Part shown: piece by piece, positions 1-8,333 of the stretch
Numbering within the stretch: the stretch's first letter is position 1
Layout: each line of letters starts with the position of its first letter
From: Candidatus Subterrananammoxibius californiae
Lineage (GTDB): Bacteria > Planctomycetota > Brocadiia > Brocadiales > Subterrananammoxibiaceae
DNA: 18,883 nucleotides
Direction of reading: 5' to 3'
NCBI GenBank assembly: GCA_030586555.1
Contig: JAURAC010000045.1
Coordinates: 1 to 18,883 of the forward strand
Program-made: the position numbers and the translations under genes
The notes under the pieces: generated by a model
Seen by the model: the letters and a program-made list of their open reading frames with translations, nothing else
Database searches by the model: none
Told to the model about the DNA's origin: nothing

Positions 1-135
1 GAGTTTCACCCAACGGGTGAATATTATACTTCACCTAAACCCTTAATTAAAGAGGAGTTTTTTATTTTTCAAATAGGCAATGTCTATTTTTGGGCATTGG
101 AATATTACGCACTTTCTTTAGTCCTTTTATGAGTA

Positions 136-161
136 GGTAATGTCTTATAATTCCTGTAAAA
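136..161 (+). repeat. Left terminal inverted repeat of the IS256-family element
   Basis: 21/26 identity to the reverse complement of 1553-1578; preceded by TGAGTA. Confidence 0.88.
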
Positions 162-263
162 TGGTGTTGAAGTAGAAACAAAAGAGGCGTAAGATACCTC
201 CATAAAATTTGTGTTGTATTTTATATCTTTAATAACCTTATTAAAGAAAGGAGGCCTTACGCC

Positions 264-1517
264 ATGACTAAAAGAATACCACCAAGTGAGTATATAAAGC
301 AAGAAATTTCCCAGTTGTTTACTGTAGGAAGTGATTCTCCTCAACACCCTCTTGATACATTTATCCGTCAGAGTGCAAGGTACATGATTCAGGTAGTTGT
401 TGAACAAGAGGTAACGGAGTTTCTCGGCAGAGACCACTATAAGCGCGGTGAAAGGAGGCGTTTCGGTTGGCGTAATGGGTATGAACCCAAGACTATTAAG
501 ACAGCCAACGGACCCCTTGATATATCTATGCCGCAGGTAAGGGCAACAGAGGAGGCTTTTAACTCTGAATTTGCAAAGACGGCAGGGAATCGTTCTTCTG
601 TGTTGGAAGGGCTTATAACCCAGATGTATGTAAGAGGACTCTCTACCCGTGATATAGAGGGCAAGCTTCTTGAGACATTTGGCAATAAAGGTACAATAAG
701 TAGAAGTGGCGTTAGTAAGATAAGCAGTGCACTGAGTACAGAGTTTGATATGTGGAGGAAGCGAGAGCTTGGCAATCTTAAGGTTATATATCTTTTCCTT
801 GATGCAATCTACCTTCCTGTACGTCAGGGGAGCAATGAGAAGGAAGGGGTTCTTTGTGCCTATGGAATACTTGAGGATGGCAAGAAGGTACTGCTTCATC
901 TTGCCCTTGGCAATAGGGAGTCTTTCGATGCATGGCTCGCATTCCTTCATGAGATGGTTGAGCGGGGACTTAACGAACCACTGCTGACCATTTCTGATGG
1001 TAATGCCGGGCTTAAGAAGGCCGTAAAGCAGGTATTCCCTGATGCTATGAGGCAAAGGTGTCAGGTGCATAAAATGAGAAATATCCTGGCAAAGCTCCCT
1101 AAATCCGTACTCAAGGATATGAAGAAACTTATTCAACAGGTATTTTATGCGCCAAGTTACGAGTCGGGTCTTAAACGTGGTAATGCGCTTATAAACCGTT
1201 TCAAAGACAGATACCCTTCTGCTATGGAGTGCCTTGAGAAAGACCTTGATGAGTGTCTTACTTATCTCAAATTTCCAAAGGACCATTACAGGAGTATCCG
1301 CACTACAAATCTCCTTGAGAGGACCTTTGGAGAGGGCAAAAGACGAACCAAGGTAATTCCGCGCTTTCCAAATGAAACGGCGTGTTTGAAGCTCGTTTAT
1401 GCCACTCTGATAACAGCATCTAAGAGGTGGCATGGAATAAAAGTAACGCCTGCAATACTGAGGCAACTTGACACGATTAGAGAAGGACTCTTTGGAACCC
1501 AAAAACTTGTAGCTTAG
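264..1517 (+). CDS. IS256-family (Mutator-type) DDE transposase
   Basis: 417 aa with IS256 hallmarks: RNGY, MYVRGLSTRDI, YLFLDAIY (D), ISDGNAGL (D), QRCQVHKMRN, IRTTNLLER (E), RRTKVIPRFPNE. AGGAGG RBS upstream. Confidence 0.97.
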   Translation: MTKRIPPSEYIKQEISQLFTVGSDSPQHPLDTFIRQSARYMIQVVVEQEVTEFLGRDHYKRGERRRFGWRNGYEPKTIKTANGPLDISMPQVRATEEAFNSEFAKTAGNRSSVLEGLITQMYVRGLSTRDIEGKLLETFGNKGTISRSGVSKISSALSTEFDMWRKRELGNLKVIYLFLDAIYLPVRQGSNEKEGVLCAYGILEDGKKVLLHLALGNRESFDAWLAFLHEMVERGLNEPLLTISDGNAGLKKAVKQVFPDAMRQRCQVHKMRNILAKLPKSVLKDMKKLIQQVFYAPSYESGLKRGNALINRFKDRYPSAMECLEKDLDECLTYLKFPKDHYRSIRTTNLLERTFGEGKRRTKVIPRFPNETACLKLVYATLITASKRWHGIKVTPAILRQLDTIREGLFGTQKLVA

Positions 1518-1552
1518 TTTATTCCTCATTGGAGGTTATCTATACCTCATGT

Positions 1553-1578
1553 TTTTACAGGAAAAATAGGACTTGACC
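1553..1578 (-). repeat. Right terminal inverted repeat of the IS256-family element
   Basis: Pairs with 136-161; followed by TGAGTA. Confidence 0.88.
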
Positions 1579-1689
1579 TGAGTATTTCCATTTTTCCACA
1601 ACTTCCTCACAGCGTTGAATCCCTTTTTGCCTCTTAAGGCAAATCTGCCAGGGTTCTTTATATTGTTATCTCTTCTAAAATTGTAGTGT

Positions 1690-2001
1690 ATGACCCGCAC
1701 ATCTTTATTAAAGGACAATAAGAGGACAAAAAGGATAAGTAATTATTTGTGGATTACTCGTAAGAAGGTGGGCCTTGCGCAAAAGCAGGTGGCATTCCTG
1801 TTAGGACACAAGAACACCACGCAGCTCTCCCGCTATGAACACGGCACAAGGATTCCCAGCCTGAAGACAGCCCTGAAACTTGAGATTGCTTATGCAAAAC
1901 CTTTACGGCTGTTATTCTTTGGGCTTCATGATGAACTACGTGAAGATGTACAGAAGAGGCGAGAGAAAATCTTTGTTTATAAGGAACTAAAAGAAAATTA
2001 A
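1690..2001 (+). CDS. Xre/Cro-family helix-turn-helix transcriptional regulator
   Basis: RKKVGLAQKQVAFLLG...LSRYEHGTRIPSLKTALKL matches the HTH_3 pattern. Ends 2 nt before the RuvC-like gene. Start codon uncertain. Confidence 0.85.
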   Translation: MTRTSLLKDNKRTKRISNYLWITRKKVGLAQKQVAFLLGHKNTTQLSRYEHGTRIPSLKTALKLEIAYAKPLRLLFFGLHDELREDVQKRREKIFVYKELKEN

Positions 2002-2003
2002 AC

Positions 2004-2525
2004 ATGCTGAGGAAAAGACCAACAAAAATTCTTGCCATATCTCCAGGGACAAGGGAAATGGGCGTAGCAGTATTGGAAGGTAGTTCACTCATTTATTTTG
2101 GTGTAAAGACCTTGAGGCGGGGAAAGCTGCCTGATAGGGTCTTAAGACAGGGAGGCAGAATTGTTGAAAGGCTCATAGATGAGTACGACCCGCAGGTGCT
2201 TGCCCTTGAAAAGACCTTCTATGCAGGCAGCAAGAGAAGCTCTATACTCCACGTCTTCTGTAAGGAGATAATGGCTGTAGCTAAAGAAAAGGGAATAAAC
2301 TTTTTTGAGTATCCCCCGACAATGGTTAGAAAGATTGTTTGTGGTGATGGGATGGCAACGAAAAAGGAGACTGCCAGAGTCATAGTGAATCGCTTCCCAG
2401 AATTAAGCGAATACCTGATAGAGCCAAAATGGTACAGCGAAAGACAGAGGGAACGCTACTGGATGAATATGTTTGACGCCGTAGCCGTGGCACTTGCTTG
2501 CCATCAGAAGGATTTAGATAAGTAG
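2004..2525 (+). CDS. RuvC-like (crossover junction endodeoxyribonuclease fold) protein with altered active site
   Basis: Colinear with RuvC motifs: ILAISPG (RuvC ILGIDPG), PQVLALEKTF, FEYPPTMVRKIVCGDGMATK, FDAVAVA. Confidence 0.85.
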   Translation: MLRKRPTKILAISPGTREMGVAVLEGSSLIYFGVKTLRRGKLPDRVLRQGGRIVERLIDEYDPQVLALEKTFYAGSKRSSILHVFCKEIMAVAKEKGINFFEYPPTMVRKIVCGDGMATKKETARVIVNRFPELSEYLIEPKWYSERQRERYWMNMFDAVAVALACHQKDLDK

Positions 2526-2549
2526 CACAAATCCATCCACGGATACGTG

Positions 2550-2578
2550 TTGACATCTGCATATCCATGTTATAGTAT
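2550..2578 (+). promoter_or_regulatory. Putative sigma70 promoter of the TA operon
   Basis: TTGACA at 2550-2555, followed by TAGTAT at 17-bp spacing (2573-2578), overlapping an extended -10 TGnTATAGT (2568-2576). Confidence 0.6.
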
Positions 2579-2599
2579 ATAATAATAGAGGTAAAATTT

Positions 2600-2863
2600 A
2601 TGGTAGGCAAAATATATAGTATGGGCAACAGCTATGGAGTTTCAATCCCCAAAAAGATTCTGAAGAAACTCCATTTGACAGCAGGCACTCAGGTCAAAGT
2701 TAAACTGGATGAAGAGTCCAACAATATAATCATTGAGCCAGCAATCCGTAAGTCTCAATACGAAGCTGTGGATATTGAATTTGCCTCCCAGGTTAAAGAC
2801 TTCATAAAGCGATATAAACCCGCCTTGAAAGCACTGGCAAAAGATGAACTATCTAACCCCTGA
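2600..2863 (+). CDS. AbrB/MazE/SpoVT-family antitoxin
   Basis: MGNSYGVSIPKKILKKLHL...G..V.V...IIIEP is the AbrB fold; the tail FIKRYKPALKALAK is typical of Doc partners. Overlaps the toxin start. Confidence 0.9.
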   Translation: MVGKIYSMGNSYGVSIPKKILKKLHLTAGTQVKVKLDEESNNIIIEPAIRKSQYEAVDIEFASQVKDFIKRYKPALKALAKDELSNP

Positions 2864-3233
2864 GCAGGTTCTCTTTATCCATTACCGTTTAATAGAGGAA
2901 ACAGGCGGCAGTCACGGCATACGTGATCTTGCATTGCTCCAATCAGCAGTCGCAAGATCTATGGCCACCTTTAATAATCACGACCTTTATCCTGACCTAT
3001 TCTCCAAAGCTGCCTCTCTTATGCATTCCATAATCAAGAACCATCCCTTTATAGACGGCAACAAGAGAACTGCTATTACAGCAGCGTCCATATTCCTCTT
3101 GCGCAATAATTGCAGCCTTAAGGCATCGAATAAAGAACTCGAAAGGTTTACATTTAAAGTGGCAAGAGAGAATGTTGGATTGCAAGAAATAGGCAAATGG
3201 TTCAAAAAGCATTCGGTAAAGACAAAGGCATAA
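2844..3233 (+). CDS. doc: Death-on-curing (Doc/Fic family) toxin
   Basis: GIRDLALLQSA, YPDLFSKAASL and the Doc-type Fic motif HPFIDGNKR; 129 aa, directly downstream of the antitoxin. Confidence 0.93.
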   Translation: MNYLTPEQVLFIHYRLIEETGGSHGIRDLALLQSAVARSMATFNNHDLYPDLFSKAASLMHSIIKNHPFIDGNKRTAITAASIFLLRNNCSLKASNKELERFTFKVARENVGLQEIGKWFKKHSVKTKA

Positions 3234-3344
3234 AAGAAGTTTATCTGCGTGCCAGTCTCTGGTGTTGCTTGTGAGAAATATACCAGAAGGATGTGGATGG
3301 GAAGCTTGAAGGCATTTAACCATAATAATCCTTTCTTCTATCAC

Positions 3345-6300
3345 CTAAGGCGAGCAAGTCCCTGTAACACTTAAGTTTAGTTTTTTGAGGCGTCCCTTCT
3401 TATCCAACTGTTCTTCAAATTCTTCTTCGGCACAGAGGCAGGGGCCATCTGTGATGTATACACACATTTTAACGGGATTAAAGACGCAGTTCTTAAGTTT
3501 CATATTCTTCAGTCGAAGGCTGAGCCAACCACTACTGCAATCAATTATGAGTATATAAGTCGGCGATTTAGCAAGCAAATTTGTATTACTCTTATTGGGT
3601 TGTAACATACTTCCGGGGATGGTTATCTGGTCGCAACCTCTCACCTCTATTACTATCTCTTCAACGCCATCCTTTAGAAATTCACAGAAACATTCATCTA
3701 CGCACAACTGGAGAGATGCCTTATCTTTTGATGCCTTACGGCTATATTCTATCCACGAAATGCCTTTGAAGTAGGTTGTTTCTGTACAGTCAACAAGAGA
3801 AGCACAATCTGGGTCGTCACAATCCACAAGACCATCGCAATCATTGTCCACGGCATCAGCGCAATCCTCATCGGTATCAGGACATGTGGTGGTTGTTGAA
3901 GACGTTGTTGTGGTAGTCGTGGTAGTAGTGCTTGTACTCGTAGTCGATGAAGTACTCGTTGTTGTGGTTGACGTTGTTGAACTCGTACTTGTGGTTGTGG
4001 TCGTAGAAGTTGTAGTGCGTGTGGAGGACGTAGTTGTTGTGGTTGATGTTGTTGAGCTTGTAGTTGTCGTGGTGGTAGTCGTGGTTGTAGTGTCCACTCC
4101 ACGTTCACAACCACTCACGTCAATTATGTATAGACCACCAGCGTTAGCGGCCACATATGCTGTATTGCCGACCGCATAGATACCTACCGCTCCACCGTCC
4201 GTACCATAATAACTTCCTATCTCCTCTGGCGCGTCACGGTTGGTAACGTCTATTACGTGTAAACCACTAGATGCATCAGCAACGTATGCTGTATTGCCCA
4301 AAACAAAGACGTCTGTTGTTAGGGATTTATTAGGATAATCATACCTACCAACCTCTTTTGGATCTGCCGGGTCAGAGACGTTTACTATTATTAAACCTCC
4401 TGCACCGGCTGCCAGGTAAGCAATGTCATTCAAGACGCAAACCCCCATGGCGATAGTGCCTGTATAGTGATTTCCTTTTTGGTACAGGTTGTTAGGGTCA
4501 GTGCAATCTACTATCGTTAAACCTGCAGTGCCATCAGCGATATACGCAATTTTGCCTACAACACAGACATCGTTTGTATCATCGTGCGAATTTGCACCGG
4601 AAGGCCAAGTAGCAAGTAATTTCGGATTTGATGTGTCAGAGACGTCTATTATCTTCATGCTTTTTTTGTCCGCCAGATACGCTGTATCGCCTACAACCTG
4701 TACACCTACTGCCGTGCCTACTTCATCTGTATACTCACCGAGCTCGTATGGGTTTTCTGGATCGGAAACGTCTATTATCTTTAGAACACTTTTCTTTGGA
4801 CTGCTTTTATGCGCGGCCACGTATGCAATTTTGTCTAAGACATAGACGCCATATGCCAAACAACCGCCTGTACCTTGCTCGCCACGCCACTCAGGTGCTT
4901 TGGGATTATTGACATTGATTATCTGCAACCCATGATCTTCGTCTGCTAAATAGGCTATGTTGTCTGAGTCAACATAAACGCCATGTGTACGGCTTGTGTA
5001 TTGAGGTTCATTATATTTGCTACTGAGTTCCGGGTTACATATTCCCGGGTTTGTGGTCGTAGTAGTAGTTGTCGTGGTGGTTGTGGTTGTGCATGTAAGA
5101 CATGTAGTCGATGTAGTAGATGTCGTGGTAGTTGTGGATGTTGTAGTTGTCGTACTTGTGGTTGTGCTTGTCGTAGTTGTCGTTGTGCATGGTTGGCAAT
5201 CTGGGTCATCACAGTCCGTTTTGCCATCACAGTCATCATCTAACCCGTTTGTGCAATTTGTCTCGGTTGATAAACATGTAGTAGTTGTGGTACTTGTAGT
5301 TGTGGTTATTGTAGTCGAACTACTTGTTGAAGTGGTTGTAGAAGTTGTCGTCTTTGTGGTAGTGGTTGTAGTAGAAGTCCTCGTCGTGGTAGTTGTAGAT
5401 GACGTTGTAGTGCTCGAAGAAGTTGTTGTGCTTGTGGTTGTGGGTGCAGGAGTAACCGTTATCCTAAAAGTATCGGTATTAGTTTTGATCCCGTCACTTA
5501 CCTTAATAGTAACATCACAAGACCCCGACCAATTGGTTGTGGGGTTGATGTCAATGTAGCGATTAGAGTCAATACTTACGCTACAACTAGAATTAGTATT
5601 ACTTGTAATTGTATAATCTAATTGAGAGTCCGAACTCTCTGAATCATACGAATAAGCCCATAGATCTATTGCATTATTCCACGAAGTATTTTCATTCAAG
5701 ACTCTATCAGGTAGCCCACTGATTGTAGGGGTATTATCGTAATCAATTGTATTTTGATAAACGGATTTAACGGCATCATGTTTATTGTGATTCCTCGACT
5801 TCCATGCAGACCAGAATTCAGAAAAATTATTATCGTTTTGATTAAAAATTGTATCCCATATTTCACTAAAACCGTCTGAATATTGGTCGTATCCGTCACT
5901 TACAGAGTCAAAGATATCCCACAAAGCCCCAGCAACACGCCCCTCCACGGCATCGCCATCTTCCCAATAACCTGTCGGGTTTTCAAGATCTTTATGCCAA
6001 CCATTTCCATTGAAAACAGGGTCGTTATTTACAACAAGAGGGAAAAATTCGGCCCAGCCCTCTGTCCATGCACAATTTACGTGGCTATTACTATTTATGA
6101 AATGAGGGTCTGGACAATTTGTTGTAGGCATCCAGTCGCCATAAATATTCCACATATAATTGTGGCCCATTTCATGGATAATAACATCAGGAAACCACTT
6201 ATCCGAGCCTACCAAGTGTATGTTTCCCCCCGAGTGGTAATGCGTCCCATGGGTACTGTCATTAGCCCATTCTACAGTGACCGCACCAGGATCATTGTAG

Positions 6301-7307
6301 TCCATTAAATATGCCCATGCATCTCTCATTGTTTGGAAAATCCACATGGCACCTTCATTTGTACTACCATTCACAATAGTTAGCCCACCATAATCGTATG
6401 TCCCATCTGGCACATTATTTACTGTTGGTGTCGTATAATTATAAACGCTGCCTAATATAGGAGATTCAACACGTCTGCTGGTCGTTTCCAACCAAAATTC
6501 AACATAAATATCTTGGGCACCCCCTTCGCCATCTATATTGCTCACAGGGCCTATCTCAAAATATCCGTTTGAGGATGTTAGGGTTGGATCAGAAGTTAGT
6601 AGGTCATCGAAACTAAAAGTATCAGCATCCCACAAATACACCGGAACATATTTGGCTGGCACGTAATTGTCGTTTCTATCATAATAATAAAGGTATCCCT
6701 TAACTATTATTTGCCCCCCTACATGTACAACAGGACCATCATCATTACCCCATTCTTTATGGAACACCGGCTTTTCACCTAAGGGGTCTTGTATACCAAC
6801 ATCACCCTTTTTAAGTATCATTTCTTTAGTCGAAACAATCCCCAGGTTTTCAGTTGCTGTAAGTCCTAAAAAACCTCTAGTACCGACGCCGATGCCGACA
6901 TTAAAATAAAGATAGTCATTATCTCCCCAAACATTCTTATCATCTATAACATGTTTAGCATTAGTTTGGATAACATAATTCCCTGTTTTTTTAAATATAA
7001 CCCACGCAGAAAAAGAGACGGGGCTGTTTGCAAATAAATCGCCTTGCCAGCTTAAGTCTCCTCGTACGAGTACCACATCATCGGGTAAGATGATTTTTGC
7101 TGTTGTGTCTGGCGCGTCAAGGGTACTTTCTACTTGGCATGTTACCTCAATCTGTTTATTTAAAGCTGGGATTTTAGACGTTGATACCTTTACGCTAATT
7201 GGAGTTCTGACATTTGCTGTTGTATCAATCGGAATGATAGTAACCGTAAAAAGAAAAGATATACAACAACCTATCAATTTTGTGGGTTTAATCCATTTTC
7301 CAATCAA
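3345..7307 (-). CDS. Large secreted multidomain protein: HExxH zinc metalloprotease, cadherin/Ig-like domain, Thr-rich linkers, Cys/Asp motifs, LVIVD-repeat propeller
   Basis: N-terminal signal-like hydrophobic segment. HEMGH (6162-6176) with downstream EGWA. Ig/cadherin-like segment ending TIKVSDG...FRITV. Three Thr/Ser tracts, two CxxxxDxDCDGxxDCDDPDC motifs, and several AYVA..GLxIIDVSDP repeats. Confidence 0.85.
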   Translation of the reverse strand: MIGKWIKPTKLIGCCISFLFTVTIIPIDTTANVRTPISVKVSTSKIPALNKQIEVTCQVESTLDAPDTTAKIILPDDVVLVRGDLSWQGDLFANSPVSFSAWVIFKKTGNYVIQTNAKHVIDDKNVWGDNDYLYFNVGIGVGTRGFLGLTATENLGIVSTKEMILKKGDVGIQDPLGEKPVFHKEWGNDDGPVVHVGGQIIVKGYLYYYDRNDNYVPAKYVPVYLWDADTFSFDDLLTSDPTLTSSNGYFEIGPVSNIDGEGGAQDIYVEFWLETTSRRVESPILGSVYNYTTPTVNNVPDGTYDYGGLTIVNGSTNEGAMWIFQTMRDAWAYLMDYNDPGAVTVEWANDSTHGTHYHSGGNIHLVGSDKWFPDVIIHEMGHNYMWNIYGDWMPTTNCPDPHFINSNSHVNCAWTEGWAEFFPLVVNNDPVFNGNGWHKDLENPTGYWEDGDAVEGRVAGALWDIFDSVSDGYDQYSDGFSEIWDTIFNQNDNNFSEFWSAWKSRNHNKHDAVKSVYQNTIDYDNTPTISGLPDRVLNENTSWNNAIDLWAYSYDSESSDSQLDYTITSNTNSSCSVSIDSNRYIDINPTTNWSGSCDVTIKVSDGIKTNTDTFRITVTPAPTTTSTTTSSSTTTSSTTTTTRTSTTTTTTKTTTSTTTSTSSSTTITTTTSTTTTTCLSTETNCTNGLDDDCDGKTDCDDPDCQPCTTTTTTSTTTSTTTTTSTTTTTSTTSTTCLTCTTTTTTTTTTTTTNPGICNPELSSKYNEPQYTSRTHGVYVDSDNIAYLADEDHGLQIINVNNPKAPEWRGEQGTGGCLAYGVYVLDKIAYVAAHKSSPKKSVLKIIDVSDPENPYELGEYTDEVGTAVGVQVVGDTAYLADKKSMKIIDVSDTSNPKLLATWPSGANSHDDTNDVCVVGKIAYIADGTAGLTIVDCTDPNNLYQKGNHYTGTIAMGVCVLNDIAYLAAGAGGLIIVNVSDPADPKEVGRYDYPNKSLTTDVFVLGNTAYVADASSGLHVIDVTNRDAPEEIGSYYGTDGGAVGIYAVGNTAYVAANAGGLYIIDVSGCERGVDTTTTTTTTTTTSSTTSTTTTTSSTRTTTSTTTTTSTSSTTSTTTTSTSSTTSTSTTTTTTTTTSSTTTTCPDTDEDCADAVDNDCDGLVDCDDPDCASLVDCTETTYFKGISWIEYSRKASKDKASLQLCVDECFCEFLKDGVEEIVIEVRGCDQITIPGSMLQPNKSNTNLLAKSPTYILIIDCSSGWLSLRLKNMKLKNCVFNPVKMCVYITDGPCLCAEEEFEEQLDKKGRLKKLNLSVTGTCSP
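3885..4095 (-). repeat. Thr/Ser-rich low-complexity coding tract (linker)
   Basis: Degenerate ACN codon run encoding about 70 Thr/Ser residues; boundaries approximate. Confidence 0.8.
5050..5445 (-). repeat. Two Thr/Ser-rich coding tracts flanking a Cys/Asp motif
   Basis: Poly-Thr runs either side of CTNGLDDDCDGKTDCDDPDC; boundaries approximate. Confidence 0.8.
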
Positions 7308-7384
7308 AATAATGTCGCCTCCATTAAATTGAGGGATGATATTTTCCTTTTCCGATTTTGATTATTACCACAACCCCTTTTATC

Positions 7385-7948
7385 TTATTCCAAGGGTACG
7401 GTTTCCTCGGTGCTTTTCAGCCCTTTAAACCCGAAACTACCAGAGTGTTTAGAAACATTTAGGTATATATAATCAGCATCTCCCCAGGAATTCTTGGCAT
7501 CTATAATATATTTAGCGTGTCCTTTTATTCCCCAATTACCTTCTTTTATAAATTTAATCTTTGCTACCAGTTCTACTGGTTTTTCCGGAATCAGGTCGCC
7601 TTTCCAATCCAACCCCCCGTCAACCTTAACGGCCCCGTCAGGCAACACAATTCCGGCTTCAGTGTTTTCCGCCTTAAATACGGTTTTAAATGCAGAGAGA
7701 TTAATTTTAAGTTTTACGGTAACAACTTCTTCTAATTTAGGCGCTTTACTAATTTCCAAATTTACGGTTATTGGAGTCTGTGTTGATTTTTGTGTTGTTT
7801 GGGTGCCTGATTTTGGCCATGCATTAAATAAGCCAACCACCAGAATGCCAAGTAAAAATATTCCAACCCCTGTTATTACAATGTATGGACGAAAGTTCAT
7901 ATTTCTTAAATGTGAAAGATTTTTAATAAAAACTTTTATTATGTGCAA
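7385..7948 (-). CDS. Hypothetical membrane-anchored/exported protein, paralog of the N-terminal domain of the 1320-aa protein
   Basis: TM segment YIVITGVGIFLLGILVVGLF, then a beta-rich domain aligning with residues ~36-150 of the downstream protein. The true start may be ATG 7900 (MNFRPY) rather than TTG 7948. Confidence 0.8.
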   Translation of the reverse strand: MHIIKVFIKNLSHLRNMNFRPYIVITGVGIFLLGILVVGLFNAWPKSGTQTTQKSTQTPITVNLEISKAPKLEEVVTVKLKINLSAFKTVFKAENTEAGIVLPDGAVKVDGGLDWKGDLIPEKPVELVAKIKFIKEGNWGIKGHAKYIIDAKNSWGDADYIYLNVSKHSGSFGFKGLKSTEETVPLE

Positions 7949-7976
7949 TATGCTTATTCATTTTTCTCTTTTTAGA

Positions 7977-8126
<150 letters not shown>

Positions 8127-8257
8127 CTTTACCTCTCCTTTTTCTGAGTGTTATGGAGCTATTATTGTTTTATGGCATACGAGGCTGGGGAATAATCACT
8201 TGTGAAGGTTGTAAGAAATGATGTCTAATATTTATCCCCATCCTCCACTCTGTGGGA

Positions 8258-8287
8258 ATTATACCGAGCGTGAATCCTATTTGTCAA
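8258..8287 (-). promoter_or_regulatory. Sigma70 promoter for the minus-strand cargo genes
   Basis: Minus strand reads TTGACA (8287-8282), 18-bp spacer, TATAAT (8263-8258). Both hexamers are perfect consensus and an A/T-rich tract lies upstream. Confidence 0.75.
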
Positions 8288-8333
8288 GGATTTTTCAGAA
8301 AAAAATTTAATAATTTTTAAGTTATAATTTCTA

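Larger units (their letters stand above)
136..1578 (+). mobile_element. IS256-family insertion sequence, apparently complete (1443 bp)
   Basis: IRL 136-161 (ggtaatgtcttataattcctgtaaaa) matches the reverse complement of IRR 1553-1578 (ggtcaagtcctatttttcctgtaaaa) at 21/26. TGAGTA flanks both ends (130-135, 1579-1584). One transposase ORF inside. Confidence 0.92.

Noticed and set aside
105..1529. 474-aa antisense ORF over the transposase
   Set aside because: Shadow of the IS256 transposase; no recognisable motifs, and it runs past the IS end into flanking DNA.
1592..1600. DnaA-box-like TTTTCCACA
   Set aside because: Single mismatched copy with no cluster; expected by chance.
2004..2525. RuvC domain as a TnpB/IscB/Cas12-type RNA-guided effector
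   Set aside because: Only 173 aa, colinear with stand-alone RuvC, with no zinc finger, HNH or REC/WED regions and no obvious adjacent ncRNA.
3749..5559. Val-rich, Gln/Pro-rich and Cys-rich ORFs (3749-4114, 3844-4179, 4955-5239, 4983-5243, 5017-5559)
   Set aside because: Alternate-frame or antisense readings of the poly-Thr codon tracts in the 1320-aa gene.
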